Positions 40,817 to 53,344 of a DNA stretch of 64,000 nt are shown here, in pieces. Under the pieces are notes generated by a model. It worked only from the letters and a program-made list of their open reading frames with translations. It was not told the origin of the DNA and did no database searches. Each line of letters opens with the position of its first letter. The stretch's first letter is position 1. The stretch lies in the NCBI GenBank assembly GCA_963716725.1, contig CAVQUB010000008.1, forward strand, positions 32,001 to 96,000, in the 5' to 3' direction. Source of the stretch: an uncultured delta proteobacterium. Its GTDB lineage: Bacteria > Myxococcota_A > Polyangia > Polyangiales > Polyangiaceae. Made by a program: the position numbers and the translations under genes.

Positions 40817-42544
40817 ATGCGACGTTCCCCTCTCTTCACGCTCACTGCCGTCACGCTGCTCTGTGCCTCCACCGCGCTCGCGGAGGGCGGCTTCGCCCTC
40901 GATCGCTACGAGCCGTCCGAGCGCGGCAGCGATTGGTTCGCCAACGAGTCCCTCGATCTGCGAGGCAACGGTCGCCTCGCGCTCGGGGCAGTCGGTGACT
41001 ACGCGTACAAGCCGCTGGTCTTTTACGACGCCAACGGGGACGAGCAGGCCGCCGTGGTCGAGCACCAGCTCTTTGTCCACCTCGGCGGTGCGATCGTGCT
41101 CTTTGATCGACTGCGGCTCGGCGCGAACCTGCCTCTCCTGGCCTACAGCAAGGGCGACTCGCTCGACGTCGCCAACTCATCCTTCTCGACCAGCGACAAA
41201 GCGAGCGTGGGCGATCCGAGGTTGACGGCCGACGTTCGCGTGCTCGGTGAATACGGCGGCGCAGCGACCCTCGCCTTCGGGGTCCAGGGGTTCATCCCGG
41301 TGGGCAACGAGGAAGCCTTCGCCAGCGACGGCAAGCTGCGCATCCGGCCGCGCCTGATGCTGGCCGGTGACGTCGGCGACATGGCCTACGCGGCACAGAC
41401 GGGGTTCAACTATCGCGCCAGGGGCGACAACCTCGGCGAGGAGGCCTTCGGGAGCGAACTCACTTTTTCGGCGGCGGTCGGCCTGCGCGCCCTGGACAAG
41501 AAGCTGATCGTCGGCCCCGAGGTCTTCGGCTCGACCGTGGTCAGCGACGGTGGCGACGGCGCATTCAAGAAGCGAACGACGCCGCTCGAGCTGGTCTTCG
41601 GCGGGAAGTACCGGGTCACGCCGGATTGGCGAGTCGGCGCTGCCGTCGGACCGGGCCTGAGCCGCGGCGTCGGCGCGCCCCAGGTGCGCGTGCTCGCGAG
41701 CATCGAGTGGTTCCCCGCGATGGAAAAGGCCGCGGGTCCGTCGGACCGCGACAGGGACGGGATCCTCGACGCGGACGACGCCTGCCCGGACACCCCGGGC
41801 GTTCGTACGGACGACCCCAAGACCAACGGCTGCCCGCCGGCGGATGCGCCCTCCGATCGCGACAAGGACGGGATCCTCGACGTGGACGACGCTTGCCCCG
41901 ACGTGCCCGGGGTCAAGAACGACGATCCCAAGAAGAACGGCTGCCCGCCCCCGAAGGACTCGGACGGAGACGGGATCACCGACGACGTCGACGCCTGCCC
42001 GACGGAGGCCGGTGTTGCCAACGTCGATCCGAGCAAGCACGGCTGTCCCGCCCCGAAGGACACCGACGGCGACGGCATCCTCGACGCAGAGGACGCCTGC
42101 CCGGACAAGGCCGGCCCTGCCGATCCCGATCCCAAGAAACACGGCTGCCCGAAGGCCCAGATCGACAAAGGGCAGATCAAGATCATCGAGCAGGTGCAGT
42201 TCGCGACCAACAGCGCGAAGATCCTGCCGGCCAGCGATCCCGTGTTGAACGCGGTCCTGGAGATCCTGCGAGATCACCCCGAGATCACCAAGGTGAACGT
42301 CGAGGGCCACACGGACAACCGCGGTGGCAAGGGCCACAACAAGGATCTCAGCAAACGCCGGGCCGCCAGCGTGGCCAAGTGGCTGGTGGACAAGGGCATC
42401 GAGGCGAAGCGGCTCTCTTCGGCGGGCTTTGGCATGGAGCGTCCCCTCGACAGCAATGACACCGAGGACGGCCGGCAGAAGAACCGGCGCGTCGAGTTCC
42501 ACATCCAGGCGAACGAAGGTTCGACGACCGTGAAGACGAAGTGA
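40817..42544 (+). CDS. OmpA-family outer-membrane protein (beta-barrel + TSP3 repeats + OmpA PG-binding domain; TraB-like architecture)
   Basis: Signal peptide; beta-strand-rich N-domain; 4x DxDGIxDxxDACP; VEGHTD, LSKRRA, NRRVEF. Confidence 0.92.
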   Translation: MRRSPLFTLTAVTLLCASTALAEGGFALDRYEPSERGSDWFANESLDLRGNGRLALGAVGDYAYKPLVFYDANGDEQAAVVEHQLFVHLGGAIVLFDRLRLGANLPLLAYSKGDSLDVANSSFSTSDKASVGDPRLTADVRVLGEYGGAATLAFGVQGFIPVGNEEAFASDGKLRIRPRLMLAGDVGDMAYAAQTGFNYRARGDNLGEEAFGSELTFSAAVGLRALDKKLIVGPEVFGSTVVSDGGDGAFKKRTTPLELVFGGKYRVTPDWRVGAAVGPGLSRGVGAPQVRVLASIEWFPAMEKAAGPSDRDRDGILDADDACPDTPGVRTDDPKTNGCPPADAPSDRDKDGILDVDDACPDVPGVKNDDPKKNGCPPPKDSDGDGITDDVDACPTEAGVANVDPSKHGCPAPKDTDGDGILDAEDACPDKAGPADPDPKKHGCPKAQIDKGQIKIIEQVQFATNSAKILPASDPVLNAVLEILRDHPEITKVNVEGHTDNRGGKGHNKDLSKRRAASVAKWLVDKGIEAKRLSSAGFGMERPLDSNDTEDGRQKNRRVEFHIQANEGSTTVKTK

Positions 42545-42558
42545 CCAAGAGGACGACC

Positions 42559-45672
<3,114 letters not shown>

Positions 45673-45695
45673 GTCGCCCCGTCGTGTGCTCGGGT

Positions 45696-45716
45696 CCGGC
45701 GGCTTTTGTCCGCCGG
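45696..45716 (+). terminator. Putative terminator hairpin
   Basis: CCGGCGG-cttttgt-CCGCCGG, 23 nt after the stop codon. No U-tract. Confidence 0.4.
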
Positions 45717-45871
45717 GATCCGGGCCCGCGCGCGCCCACTCGATTCTCGAGCGGCCACCCAAACCATTGATAACATTATAGAATAGACATGTTCGCGGCC
45801 CACGGGGGGCAGGTCCCGCCATTGCCGTCTGTGCCCGATTCCACCAAGATTCGGGTTCGGAGGACGGCGCT

Positions 45872-48800
45872 ATGTCTAGAATTCATACAGTCGCGGTGCC
45901 CTTGCTCCTCGGCCTGACGGTTTGGGTGAGCTCGAGCTGCAGCCAGCGGGAGGTCGAAGCAGAGGGTACCTACTTCGACAAGAAGATCGCGCCCATCCTC
46001 AACGGCTCATGCGCGACGAGCCCGACGGGGTCGCTCTGTCACGTCACGGCCGACCAACGCGGCAACGCGCTCGGCAACCTCGACGTTACGAGCTACGAGA
46101 TGCTCGCGAAGCGGCAGGACCTGCTCGAGGACTTCGGTCCCTATGGGATGCCGGCGCTGCTGGCCAAGGCGGTGTCGCCGCAGACGCTCAAGCTCACCCA
46201 TTTCGATGGCACCGAGGACGCCATCGAGACCGATATTCCCCACGCCGGAGGCAGCGTCTTGGATGGCAGCTCCGCATCCTTCCGCACGGTCCTGAACTGG
46301 TTGGAGCGCGGCGCGCAGAAGAACAATTCTCAATCGAAGCAGCCGACCATCGATCGCGATCCCTGCGTGGAGAGCATTGGCAAAGATCCGCTCTTCGACC
46401 CGACGCAGGATCCAACGAACCCCGCCTACCAGACCTTCGTCGACAAAGTGAACCCGTGGCTCGTGAACAACTGCGCCGGCGGCAACTGCCACGGCACGGA
46501 CGAAGCCGCGTTTCCGCTCTCGTGCGGCAAGACGCCCGAGCAGAAGCGCTGGAACTATTTTTCGGCGAGCGACTATGTCGCCCTTGCGCCCCAGTTCAGT
46601 GAGATCCTGACGCGACCGCTCAACCCGGCCTACGGAGGAGTGCATCACCCGGGCGGTTGGGTCCTCGATTCGACCGACGACGCCGCGTACAAGGCCGTGC
46701 TCGACTGGGCCACGCAGCAAGGCGGAGCCACCAACGTTCCGAAGGACCCTGGCTTCGCGATGTTCGCCAAACGCGTGCAGCCGATGTTCGTCAAACGCGG
46801 CTGCGTCCTGCTCGGCTGCCACTCCTCGCCGGTGTTCAACGATTTCCGTCCGCGTCCGCCCAGCGCTGGGCATTTCGGCCTCGCCGCGACCCGCCACAAC
46901 TACCAAGAAACGCTGGAGCAGATCGCGCTCGAGTCGGCCGATCCCAACGCGAGCCGTCTGGTCCGGAAGAACCTGCCGCCCGGGCCGAAGGGTCCTGGCA
47001 TGCGTCACCGCGGTGGATCGCTGTTCGCGCTTGGCGGCGACCCCGCTGCCTGCGATCTGGTCGCCGCGGAGACCGGTCCCATCGATGAACAACCGCCCTA
47101 CTGCGTGGTCGTGGCGTGGATCGCCAAGGAGCGCGCGGAGCGCATGAAGAACGCGGTGCCTCTCGAGGGCATCGTCTATGTCAAGCGCGCGCCGCTCGCC
47201 CAACCCGAGATGATGCAGGACTGGGAGACCTATCGCCCCGGCGCAGATCTGCGTTGGATCGGCGCTTCGATGGACGCCGCCGGAGCCGTCAGCACCAGCG
47301 GCGGCGACAAGAGTCTGCTCGCGGGCTGCGGACTCACCGCGACCAGCGCCGACTTGAGGCGACCCATGGTGTCGTGGGACGGGAAGAAGGTCGCGTTCGC
47401 TGCGCGCAGCTCCGCCAACGAACCGTACCGGGTGTTTGTCATGAACGCTGACGGGTCGGCCTGCGCGCTCGAGCCGACCATCAACGCGGCACCGACGGAC
47501 ACCGGCGGCGCGCCGCTGCCGATCAACGGAGAGTTGATCCACAACTTCGATCCCGCCTTTGCGCCCGATGGCACCCTGGTCTTCGCGTCGAGCCGCGGCA
47601 ACATCTTCAAGGGCCACCTCTTCCCAGGCCCCCAGCGCTCCGCGGCCGATCCGGCCAAGCTCAACGCGAACCTGTACGTGCTCGAAAACGGCAAGATCCG
47701 CCAGCTCACCTTCCTCTCGAACCAAGAGCTGTACCCGGCGTTCAAGTCCAACGGGCAGGTGCTGATGACCAGCGAGAAACGCGCGCCGGGCTTCTACCAG
47801 CTCGCGTCTCGGCGCATCAACTTGGATGGCGGCGACTACCACCCGAACTTCGGGCAGCGCGCTCACTTCGGACATCTCCAGCTCACCGAGACGTCGCAGC
47901 TGATGGATCACAACTTCGTCGGTATCGCCAGCGACCGCGGCGCCGCGAATCTGGCTGGCGCTCTGGTGGTCATCAATCGCTCCATCGGCCAAGACAACGT
48001 CAGCGAGAACCCCGACGACTACGCTGAAGATCCGGACGCGCTCGACTACGCGAAGACGGCATTTTACCAGCGCTCCCTCTCGAACGTGGATCCTCCGGCC
48101 AATGGTCGCGTCGCCCAGACCATTCAGGGTGCGTACCGCAATCCGACGGCGCTCCCGAACGGCGGCATCCTGGCGAGCTACGCCGGCAACGTGGTCAACC
48201 TCGAGACCTTCAGCGGCAACTTCGACGTCGTCGCCGTCGATCCATCGACCGGTCAGCGCACCTCGCTCGCCGGGCTGGCCGACCCCAACGCCGACGAAAT
48301 CTGGGCAGTGCCGGTCTTCGGCCGCTACGACCGCGGGGTGTTCCGCACCACCCCTGGCGGCGACTCGGTGTTTCACGGTGTGGTCTATCCCGAGGACGAC
48401 GACCAGCCGCGCGTCGATCGCTTCCAGCTCACCATCGTCGATTTCCCAATGCTGGCGGCGCTGTTGTTCCAGAGCACGCGCTCGGCGCGGCGGATCAACA
48501 CGGACATGACCTCCTTCGAGGCGTGGGCCAGCTTGCCTCCGGATACCGAGAAGAGCCTGAACGACCCGAGCCCCTACATCGTCGAGGACGAGTACGGCAA
48601 GGTGTACGCCCGGCGCGTCAAGGTCGGCACCGTCCCGCTTCTCAGCGACGGATCGGTCAAGCTGCAGGCGCCGGCGGGGTTGCCCGTGGTCCTGGCCTAC
48701 GAGCAGCAGCTCAAGGGTGAGAGCAAACCGACCCTGCACCACCAGCGCGAAGAGCTGCAGTTCTACCCGGGTGAGTGGTTGACCTTGTCGTTCCGTCGCG

Positions 48801-48976
48801 AGGTGTTCAACAACTTCTGCGGCGGCTGTCACGGCCCGACCACGGGCAAGGAGTTCGACCTCTCGGTCAAACCCGACATCATCAGCCACGCGTCCAAGAG
48901 TCAGGCTCGCAAGGCGAAGCCCGTGGACGCCACCGGCGCCAAGCTCGATCAGATCATGGGTCCGCCCTTCCCCTGA
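45872..48976 (+). CDS. HzsA-related (hydrazine synthase alpha-like) multiheme lipoprotein with PD40/TolB propeller
   Basis: Lipobox-like SSSC; three F..VxP...C..CH modules; PMVSWDGKKVAFA, FDPAFAPDGTLVFASSR, INLDGGDYHP; DGSV...PAGLPV...YPGE...CGGCH. Confidence 0.78.
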   Translation: MSRIHTVAVPLLLGLTVWVSSSCSQREVEAEGTYFDKKIAPILNGSCATSPTGSLCHVTADQRGNALGNLDVTSYEMLAKRQDLLEDFGPYGMPALLAKAVSPQTLKLTHFDGTEDAIETDIPHAGGSVLDGSSASFRTVLNWLERGAQKNNSQSKQPTIDRDPCVESIGKDPLFDPTQDPTNPAYQTFVDKVNPWLVNNCAGGNCHGTDEAAFPLSCGKTPEQKRWNYFSASDYVALAPQFSEILTRPLNPAYGGVHHPGGWVLDSTDDAAYKAVLDWATQQGGATNVPKDPGFAMFAKRVQPMFVKRGCVLLGCHSSPVFNDFRPRPPSAGHFGLAATRHNYQETLEQIALESADPNASRLVRKNLPPGPKGPGMRHRGGSLFALGGDPAACDLVAAETGPIDEQPPYCVVVAWIAKERAERMKNAVPLEGIVYVKRAPLAQPEMMQDWETYRPGADLRWIGASMDAAGAVSTSGGDKSLLAGCGLTATSADLRRPMVSWDGKKVAFAARSSANEPYRVFVMNADGSACALEPTINAAPTDTGGAPLPINGELIHNFDPAFAPDGTLVFASSRGNIFKGHLFPGPQRSAADPAKLNANLYVLENGKIRQLTFLSNQELYPAFKSNGQVLMTSEKRAPGFYQLASRRINLDGGDYHPNFGQRAHFGHLQLTETSQLMDHNFVGIASDRGAANLAGALVVINRSIGQDNVSENPDDYAEDPDALDYAKTAFYQRSLSNVDPPANGRVAQTIQGAYRNPTALPNGGILASYAGNVVNLETFSGNFDVVAVDPSTGQRTSLAGLADPNADEIWAVPVFGRYDRGVFRTTPGGDSVFHGVVYPEDDDQPRVDRFQLTIVDFPMLAALLFQSTRSARRINTDMTSFEAWASLPPDTEKSLNDPSPYIVEDEYGKVYARRVKVGTVPLLSDGSVKLQAPAGLPVVLAYEQQLKGESKPTLHHQREELQFYPGEWLTLSFRREVFNNFCGGCHGPTTGKEFDLSVKPDIISHASKSQARKAKPVDATGAKLDQIMGPPFP

Positions 48977-49083
48977 GCACCCTGAAAGAAATTACTGTCG
49001 CGCTGCGAGCCCAGTGTGGCCCGAGGCTGTTGCACAACCACCACGAAACGCGAGTCGTGGGCGCGATCAGCGCGGGATTCTTC

Positions 49084-49099
49084 CGGCACGAGCCTTGCG
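49084..49099 (+). promoter_or_regulatory. Putative sigma-54 promoter
   Basis: CGGCACG-AGCC-TTGCG, near consensus. About 60 nt upstream of ATG 49160, which has an AGGAGG RBS. Confidence 0.65.
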
Positions 49100-49159
49100 A
49101 TGGGCCTTCATGAGCGACGCGCCCCGCGACGGGGTGCGCCGCGCTCGCAGGAGGTCCAC

Positions 49160-49543
49160 ATGCTTTCCAAATTCATTTCAATCTTCACCGTACTGTCCGC
49201 CGGAGCGCTGGCGCTCGGCTGTAGCTCGTCGCGGGACGTCGAGGTCAAAGGTCAGGTCAGCTCAGCGTCCGCGCAAGGGCAGATCCTCCTCGAGTTCTTC
49301 GACGTCGACGGCGCGGACAAGACCAGCGTGCACACCGCCAAGGCCGACGCCGACGGTTCGTTCAAAGCGACGGTCGCGCTCTCGGGCGACGAGGTCCTGG
49401 TGCGCGCCATCGCCGACGCCGACGCTGACGGAGCGTGCAGCCAGGGAGAACTCTGGGGCGAGACCTCGGCGAAGATCCAGGATGATGCGGTGGAGCCCAT
49501 CACGCTGGTGCTCGGGGCCGAGGCTTGCCCCAAGGCCGAATAG
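49160..49543 (+). CDS. Small lipoprotein (Ig/transthyretin-like beta fold suspected)
   Basis: AGGAGG RBS; lipobox LALGC; DADADG motif. Confidence 0.8.
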   Translation: MLSKFISIFTVLSAGALALGCSSSRDVEVKGQVSSASAQGQILLEFFDVDGADKTSVHTAKADADGSFKATVALSGDEVLVRAIADADADGACSQGELWGETSAKIQDDAVEPITLVLGAEACPKAE

Positions 49544-49609
49544 CCCTGCGCCTTGGAGCTCGGGCGGCGGAGTCGGCGCCGCCCGGGCGCTTGCGCTAGA
49601 AATGGCAGC

Positions 49610-50140
49610 GTGAGCTCGCGTCTCTTCGATCTGCGCATGGCCGACGGCAGCCGCCACTTCGCGGATCTGCCCGAGACCCTGGGCAGGTCCGAGCCCGAGT
49701 GGGATCGGCTGCGGGATGCGGCTCAGGGGCTCGAGGGATCGACCTCGTGCTCGCTCACCACCGACGGCGTGACCGAAGCGTGGATCGAGTTCGAGTACCG
49801 CGACCTACGGTTTGCGATCAACAACCAGCACGGGCTGTGGTGGTTCTTCGTCTCGGATCCGCTCTGCCCCGACCAAGTGCTGCTCCGGGTCCACGATCAC
49901 TTCGAGCGGGCGCTCTCGCCTCACGCCGCGCGAGCGCGTGCGGCGGGTGAACTCGCGACCGGCGCTCACCGGGTACTGACCTACGAGCCAGACTCGCGGG
50001 TCGGGAGCAAGGATTTCGCTTCGCGCGCCGACGCCCAAGCCTACGCCGACGACGCAGCCTCGGAGACCGAGAACGGGATCGTGTCGGCCTACGTGTTCGA
50101 CGACTGTTTCCGGATGGTCAGCGTCGGGAAGCACTACTGA
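49610..50140 (+). CDS. Hypothetical protein
   Basis: Plausible composition (DGSRHFADLP, TDGVTEAWIEF, FAINNQHGLWWFFV). Confidence 0.7.
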   Translation: MSSRLFDLRMADGSRHFADLPETLGRSEPEWDRLRDAAQGLEGSTSCSLTTDGVTEAWIEFEYRDLRFAINNQHGLWWFFVSDPLCPDQVLLRVHDHFERALSPHAARARAAGELATGAHRVLTYEPDSRVGSKDFASRADAQAYADDAASETENGIVSAYVFDDCFRMVSVGKHY

Positions 50141-50270
50141 AGCTCACGGCGCCTCGGACACGAGGATCAGGGTTCGCCTCGAGCCGTCGCGCGGTCGGCG
50201 TGGAAATCGAAGGTGGCGCAGGCATTGCAGCGAGGCTCCGGAACTTACTTCTCGTGATCGGAGGTCTTCG

Positions 50271-50693
50271 ATGAGACGTGCGCAGATCTGCGTGGTGGCG
50301 ATGGTGTGTCTGGTGCCGACGCTCTGGGCTTGTGGGTCGAGCAGCGAAACGGACCCGGGTTCGGGCGGCGAAAGTGCCAGCGGTGGAAGTGGCGGTGCCG
50401 ATGCTGGTTCTGGGGGTACCGGGTCGGCGAGCGGCGGCTCGAGCGGCGCTTCGAGTGGTGGCGGCGGAGCGGGCGGTTCGCCCGGTGGAGGCGGCAGCGG
50501 CGGGGGCAGCGGGGCGTCCGCCGGGTCCGGTACGGGTGGAGGATCGCAGGTGGGATCGGGGCTCTGCGCACCGGGCGCCAAGTGCGGCGGGATCAACGTC
50601 TGCCATGAGGACTGCTTCAGCGCCGACTGTTGCTGGGTCACGTGTTGGTGTGACAACGGCGAGACGCTGGAGTGCAACATGGACTGCACCTGA
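50271..50693 (+). CDS. Small Cys-rich lipoprotein
   Basis: Lipobox LWAC; Gly linker; 10-Cys tail. Confidence 0.75.
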   Translation: MRRAQICVVAMVCLVPTLWACGSSSETDPGSGGESASGGSGGADAGSGGTGSASGGSSGASSGGGGAGGSPGGGGSGGGSGASAGSGTGGGSQVGSGLCAPGAKCGGINVCHEDCFSADCCWVTCWCDNGETLECNMDCT

Positions 50694-50725
50694 GGCAGCC
50701 CCCTGCGCTACGATGTCGCGGAACG

Positions 50726-51613
50726 GTGCGCGGCCTCGGATTTTCGCTCTCGCTCTTACTCGTGACGATGCTCGTCGCGAGCTGCGTCGTGGACGAAGAC
50801 TTCGACGACGGGCACTTTCTCTGCGATCCCGGCGGCGGCGAGGACGAGTGCCCGGAGGGGCTGCGTTGCGCCCAAGACGGTCGTTGCCGCAAGTCGCTCT
50901 CCCTGCCCGACGGCAGCGCTGGGACCGGCGGCAAAGACAGCGGCGCCGACGGGAGCTGCTTCCCGACCACGTGCCAGAGCCTCGCTCCAAAGTGCGGGGA
51001 CTTGGACGACGGCTGCGGGAACAAGCTCAATTGCGGCTGCCAAGCTCCGGACAGCTGTGGCGGCGCGGGCACGCCAGGCGTCTGCGGCTGCACCAAGAAG
51101 CAGTCCCGGACCAGGTTTGCAGACGCGGTGTTCGAAGCCAAGATCACGGGCAATACGGCCTGGACCAACGTCGCGGATGCCGCCCTCTCCGACGACAAAT
51201 GGGCCACCACCGCCGTGGCCCTGGACGCCGGCAAGACCACCAATCAGCTGAAGGCTTCGGCCTTCGGGTTCACGCTGCCGCCCAAGGCCGTGGTGCTGGG
51301 CGTCGAGATCGGCATCGAACGCTCGGCGCTCGGATCGGCGACGGCGCTGAAGGACAAAGAAGTGCGGGTGCTGGTGAAAGGCGTGGCGCTGGCGACCAAC
51401 GGCGCCAGTGCCGCAGCGTGGTCCACGACCGACGCCGAAGCGAAATACGGCTCCGGCACGGAGCTGTGGGGAGCGACCTCGATCTCGCCGGCCGACGTCC
51501 AGGCCGCTGACTTCGGTGTGCTCTTGACCGTTACGGCGACGGCCTCCGGCACTCCGCGCGTGGACGCGATTTCGATCACGGTTCACTTCGACGATCCGGC
51601 GTGTCCCAACTGA
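50726..51613 (+). CDS. Cys-rich lipoprotein with C-terminal beta-sandwich domain
   Basis: Lipobox LVASC; CGDLDDGCG..LNCG repeat; FGFTLP..VLGVE...YGS..ELWG domain. Confidence 0.78.
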   Translation: MRGLGFSLSLLLVTMLVASCVVDEDFDDGHFLCDPGGGEDECPEGLRCAQDGRCRKSLSLPDGSAGTGGKDSGADGSCFPTTCQSLAPKCGDLDDGCGNKLNCGCQAPDSCGGAGTPGVCGCTKKQSRTRFADAVFEAKITGNTAWTNVADAALSDDKWATTAVALDAGKTTNQLKASAFGFTLPPKAVVLGVEIGIERSALGSATALKDKEVRVLVKGVALATNGASAAAWSTTDAEAKYGSGTELWGATSISPADVQAADFGVLLTVTATASGTPRVDAISITVHFDDPACPN

Positions 51614-51620
51614 GGTCACG

Positions 51621-52145
51621 ATGAGTCCCTATCGGACCAGCACGGCGACCATTCGTCCCGAGGATCTCGACCAACTCTTCGCGGCCAAGAGCAACTTGAA
51701 GGCGGAAGATGGGCTCAGCGTTTCTTACCTTCTCCTGCCCTGGAAACGTCACGTGTTCGTCGTGCGCTACGAGCCTGCCTCGATGGGTGCGTTCCTCCAA
51801 CCTCTGGCGAGCAACGCAACGTTTCGCATCGACGTGCTTCGCTCGGATGAGGTCGCGATCGGTCGTTATGGAATCGATGGCGACCGGCTGACCCGCCAAG
51901 ACGCGCGGGAGCACGAGTTCGAACGCGAGAGCCACGACCTGGAGGTGCTGAGTCGCGTGACCAGCGCGCAGGTGCGCGTCGGTGGCGTGCGCTTCGGCTT
52001 GGCCGAAGGCAAGCTGCTGTTCGAGGTCTCGGGCTTCGAAGTCGACGAGTTGAGCCAGCGCTTCAGCGCTGCATTTCCATGGCAGGCCCTCGGGCTGCCT
52101 GCCTTGCTGGGTCGAGAGTGGCTGGTGCTCGACCGTCCGATGTGA
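51621..52145 (+). CDS. Hypothetical protein
   Basis: GAGG RBS; fills the gap between flanking genes. Confidence 0.55.
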   Translation: MSPYRTSTATIRPEDLDQLFAAKSNLKAEDGLSVSYLLLPWKRHVFVVRYEPASMGAFLQPLASNATFRIDVLRSDEVAIGRYGIDGDRLTRQDAREHEFERESHDLEVLSRVTSAQVRVGGVRFGLAEGKLLFEVSGFEVDELSQRFSAAFPWQALGLPALLGREWLVLDRPM

Positions 52146-52233
52146 CCCGGGAATGCCAACCGGGGGTTTGCGTCGGCAAGACGCGGTTGGCGGCTCAGCC
52201 CCGACAACATCGTGAAATCGGGGGGGTCCGCTC

Positions 52234-52249
52234 CGGCCTCGGACTTGCA
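52234..52249 (+). promoter_or_regulatory. Possible sigma-54 promoter
   Basis: CGGCCTCGGACTTGCA (GG-N10-GC with TTGCA) just upstream of ATG 52265. Confidence 0.4.
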
Positions 52250-52264
52250 CTGGACAGCGTCTAC

Positions 52265-53344
52265 ATGCGCAAGCGGCTGATGGTTTGGGCCTTCGGGGGG
52301 ACGGCAACGCTGGCGCTGCTCACGCTCGTGCTCGGCAGCGGAAGCGAGCGAAGCGTCCTTCGGGCGAACCCGGTTCGCCTCTCGCTCGGGAGTGCTGCGG
52401 GTCGCGCCGCTCCAAAGCCCACGCCCGCGGCCTCGGCGCTGCCCGCTGTGACCACCGCGACCGCGCAGAACGGCGTGAGTTCCGAGCAGGTCTTCCACGC
52501 GCCTTGGGGTGCGGCAACCGGTGAGCTGGGCAAGAAGGCCGCAAATGAGTCCTCCCCCGAGGGACCAGCCAGCTTCGCGGTAGACGCGCGCGGTCGGGCC
52601 TTTGTGCTCGATCAGGTCAACGGCCGCGTGCAGATCTTCGAGCCGGGACTGAAGCCTCGCAGCGTCCCGCTTCCGGGAGACACCTACCAAGACGTCGCCC
52701 TGAGGTCTGACGACGGCATCGTGTTGCTCGATCGTCTGACCAAAGAGACGGTGGCCTTCGCCGACGCCAGCGGCAAGGTCACCCACGAGATCCGCTTGCA
52801 GGGCGAGGGCGTCGTCGAGGCTGGCGACGTGACCGGCTTGTTCCAGCGCAACGACGGCACCTGGGTCGAGGTGAAACACGCGAACTTGGTGCAGATCGCC
52901 GACGCCGACGGCGCCCCGCTGGAAGATCGCACCATCGTGCAGGGTCGAATGGCGGCGGACGGCAAGGTGCTGCGCGCATCGAAGTCGGGATCGCATGCCG
53001 CATACGTCGCAGAGAAGACCAGCGACGGCGTGAGAGCGCTGGCCAAGGTCAACTTCGACTTGCCGGTGTGGCAGCTGCTCGAGCTCGACACCGACGCCCG
53101 AGGGCGCGTGTTTCTGGGGGCGAGCCTGCTGGAGGAGTCCGCCGCGCCCCCCTTCCAGGTGATCGAGGCGCGCGAAGTGGTGGTCGTGCTCGACGACGCC
53201 GGAGTCGAGCAAGCGCGCGTGGACCTTCCGGCCAGCACCGGCGCCGAGGAGAGCTTTCGCCGCATCCGGATCGGCGCCGATGGCGTCCTGTATCACCTGG
53301 CCTACGAGGAACGCGGCGCGACCATGAGGAGGTTCTCGCTATGA
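52265..53344 (+). CDS. Membrane-anchored/secreted NHL-type beta-propeller protein
   Basis: N-terminal hydrophobic segment; EGPASFAVDARGRAFVLDQVNGRVQIF, LDTDARGRVFL, IGADGVLY. Stop overlaps the next ATG. Confidence 0.82.
   Translation: MRKRLMVWAFGGTATLALLTLVLGSGSERSVLRANPVRLSLGSAAGRAAPKPTPAASALPAVTTATAQNGVSSEQVFHAPWGAATGELGKKAANESSPEGPASFAVDARGRAFVLDQVNGRVQIFEPGLKPRSVPLPGDTYQDVALRSDDGIVLLDRLTKETVAFADASGKVTHEIRLQGEGVVEAGDVTGLFQRNDGTWVEVKHANLVQIADADGAPLEDRTIVQGRMAADGKVLRASKSGSHAAYVAEKTSDGVRALAKVNFDLPVWQLLELDTDARGRVFLGASLLEESAAPPFQVIEAREVVVVLDDAGVEQARVDLPASTGAEESFRRIRIGADGVLYHLAYEERGATMRRFSL

Noticed and set aside
46007..48889. Long antisense ORFs (e.g. 46007..48889, 9938..12202, 38617..40611, 31687..33486, 53302..54963)
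   Set aside because: Shadow frames of high-GC genes; they overlap well-supported CDS and show no recognisable motifs.
45872..48976. True anammox hydrazine synthase
   Set aside because: No hzsB/hzsC neighbours and the context is myxobacterial; only a domain-level resemblance.
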